A stretch of DNA of 64,000 nucleotides from Sphyrna mokarran. Its lineage: Eukaryota. Location: contig JAGIQG010000017.1 of the NCBI GenBank assembly GCA_024679065.1, forward strand, positions 34,410,001 to 34,474,000, written 5' to 3'. Positions 62,056 through 64,000 of this stretch are shown in pieces. A model generated the notes under the pieces. It was not told the origin of the DNA. It saw only the letters and a program-made list of their open reading frames with translations, and did not search any database. The position numbers were made by a program, and so were the translations under genes. Numbering within the stretch: the stretch's first letter is position 1; every line of letters starts with the position of its first letter.

Positions 62056-62894
62056 AAGTTCGTTCACGGGAAGATCCAGAGGGGTTGGGGACATTGACTT
62101 TACATATGATTACATCAGGCTCTTGCTTAACTAGTCTGTGAGACAGCTTTCCTAACTTTGGCACAAGATCCCAGATGTTTGCTCCCCTCACCACTCCCCC
62201 CACAACACCCCTCTCACTAATTCTTTAATGCATCGTTGCACTGATACCACTATTAAAAGGTTTTGCGTTTGGTATCCTCACCCTCACCAGATAACTTAGA
62301 TCTTCCATTCTCAGCATTCACCTTAATTAAGCTCTCACCACGGCCAGATTTTTAAAGACTTTAGAGTGGCAGGAATAACAGCAGAAAGGACCAGTAAATA
62401 GCTAGCTGCCCAGCATACAGTTTCCCAGTGGTGAGTTGTAAGTTGTATTGGCTGCTTGCTCCAAGGAGACGGGAGCTGCAGGCACATAGGTGATGACACG
62501 GCCCCTGCTATGTAAGGAGGCTGCCAGTTTCGTAGAAGCAGCATCCCAAGAGTGATCCAGAAGGCCAACAGAGCCTGAGACTCCATGCCCCATAAAGGGA
62601 GCTGTGGCAGGAAAAACAGCTGCTGTGGTCCTAATAATCCCTCCAGATGGGTTTGTTTTGCAATCAGTAGGGATTACCACTCTTAACTGCACAATTTTCA
62701 GTTGTGTTTACTTCTATAAGGGTAATTCCTCATTGGCCTATGTTTGGACAAACTACATCAGGAGTCTGCATGCTTCCCTTAATGGACAGTGGACCCACAT
62801 CTCCCTATTGTCTCAACCAGACTCTCTCTTACTACCTATTCTAGTCTCATGTCTCTTCCTGCATCTTCTGTTCATTTGATTCCAGCCTCTCATC

Positions 62895-63610
62895 TATTTA
62901 ATCAGATCAGGAGTGGGCCATTTAGCTGCTTGAGTCTATTCTCCATCCAGTTGAATCACAGTTGATTTGCATATCAATTCAATTTACTTGCCTTTGTTCT
63001 ATTCCTTGTTACTTGTTATGGTGCACCTTTAAGTGGCCATTTTTTTGCAGGAATTAGAGAGAAAATTATACTCGTGATTCTCAGTCTCAGTTTGTTCTGA
63101 AGAAGATACCAACTAAAACATGTATACAAGTTCTCCAACTGTGTAATATAACTGCCGACTTCTCAGATCCTTAATAAATGCACCTACCTGTTTTTGTGTT
63201 AACCAACCCCCCGTGTGATTGATGTTTACCTACTAAGTAAGCACAAGGGGAGAAAAAACACATGTTTGTTAACAAAAATCTATTGATTTCAGTCTTGTAA
63301 ATGTTAATTGTCCCACAATCCACCGCTCTTTAGGGGAACAATTTGTGGATTTCCACAGCTCTTTATGTGAAGAGCACTCCCTGACTTTTCTCCTGAATTG
63401 CCAAGCTCTATTTTGAAGGTTATACCTTCTTAGTCTGGATTTCAGTATCAGAGGATTTAGTTCATCTGAAACTACCTCTTTGAATTCCTCTCACCTTTCT
63501 AAGTGCAAGGCAATGTTTATGCAATTGTCGTCATAATGTAACCTTTGAGCTCTAGTGTCATTCTGGTGAATCTGTATTCCCCTTGCAAGGCCAAAACTGA
63601 ACGCAACGAA
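62895..63610 (-). mobile_element. Old CR1 3' fragments
   Basis: Reversed tail aggagtgggccatttagc and ttccacagctctttatgtgaagag...gtcattctggtgaatctg. Confidence 0.55.
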
Positions 63611-63886
63611 CCAGTTAGGGGTCAGGCCAAAGTTCTTTTTTCATTTTGCTGTCTGCCCAACTTCAAAAGCAAGGTTGGCCCTGGGCCTTGCTCGTGCCCT
63701 TTCAAACTTCTTACCCAAGCCCTCTTACCCTTCTGCCTTTTTTAATCACACTTATTCAACCAAGCTTTCAGCCATCTTGTCTAATCCTTGTCTGGAGGCT
63801 TGACATCCAATTTGTTTAACTCTGCTTGAGACTCCTGGAATAGTTTCCCATATTCAGGTGCTGTACAAATGCAGTTAGTCATTATA

Positions 63887-64000
63887 AAAACAAAATACTG
63901 CAGATGTTGGCATCTGAAACAAAAACATAAAATCAAAAAGAAAACTGAAAAAAGATGCCATCCAGACTCGAAAAGTCAGCTGTATTCTCCCTCCACAGAT
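63887..64000. mobile_element. Penelope-like element (family 2), runs off window
   Basis: aaaacaaaatactgcagatgttgg.atctgaaacaaaaaca...gactcgaaa.gtcagctgtattctccctccacagat. Confidence 0.65.

Noticed and set aside
22000-64000. EBF3 exons expected from vertebrate synteny
   Set aside because: No EBF-like peptide was recognised on either strand.

Overview
Vertebrate genomic DNA from an elasmobranch, most likely a shark (HE1/V-SINEs, SacSINE1-like Deu-SINE, shark-type CR1 LINEs). The only host coding sequence I can support is the terminal exon of MGMT (O6-methylguanine-DNA methyltransferase) at 21741-21911 (+), with the PCHR active site. It is too short for the ORF track. Bases 1-21740 therefore look like the last MGMT intron and the rest like downstream intergenic DNA. 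In other vertebrates that interval leads towards EBF3, but no EBF3 exon was recognised here. The remainder is decayed transposable elements: CR1, Rex1/Babar, RTE and L2/CR1-group LINEs, two V-SINE subfamilies with different tails, Gypsy remnants, PIF/Harbinger remnants and MITEs, and Penelope-like palindromic mini-elements with hammerhead-ribozyme cores. TE-poor AT-rich blocks between them are candidate conserved enhancers. The most notable observations are four: a 98-bp-arm palindrome with a minimal hammerhead motif and 14-bp TSD, a V-SINE subfamily whose tail resembles the Rex1/Babar LINE 3' stem-loop, a resolvable nest (Harbinger transposase < Gypsy LTR element < SINE and Penelope-like element), and three local duplications. 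I see no convincing wholly new gene system. Family assignments come from recognition of motifs by eye, not database searches, and most TE boundaries are approximate.
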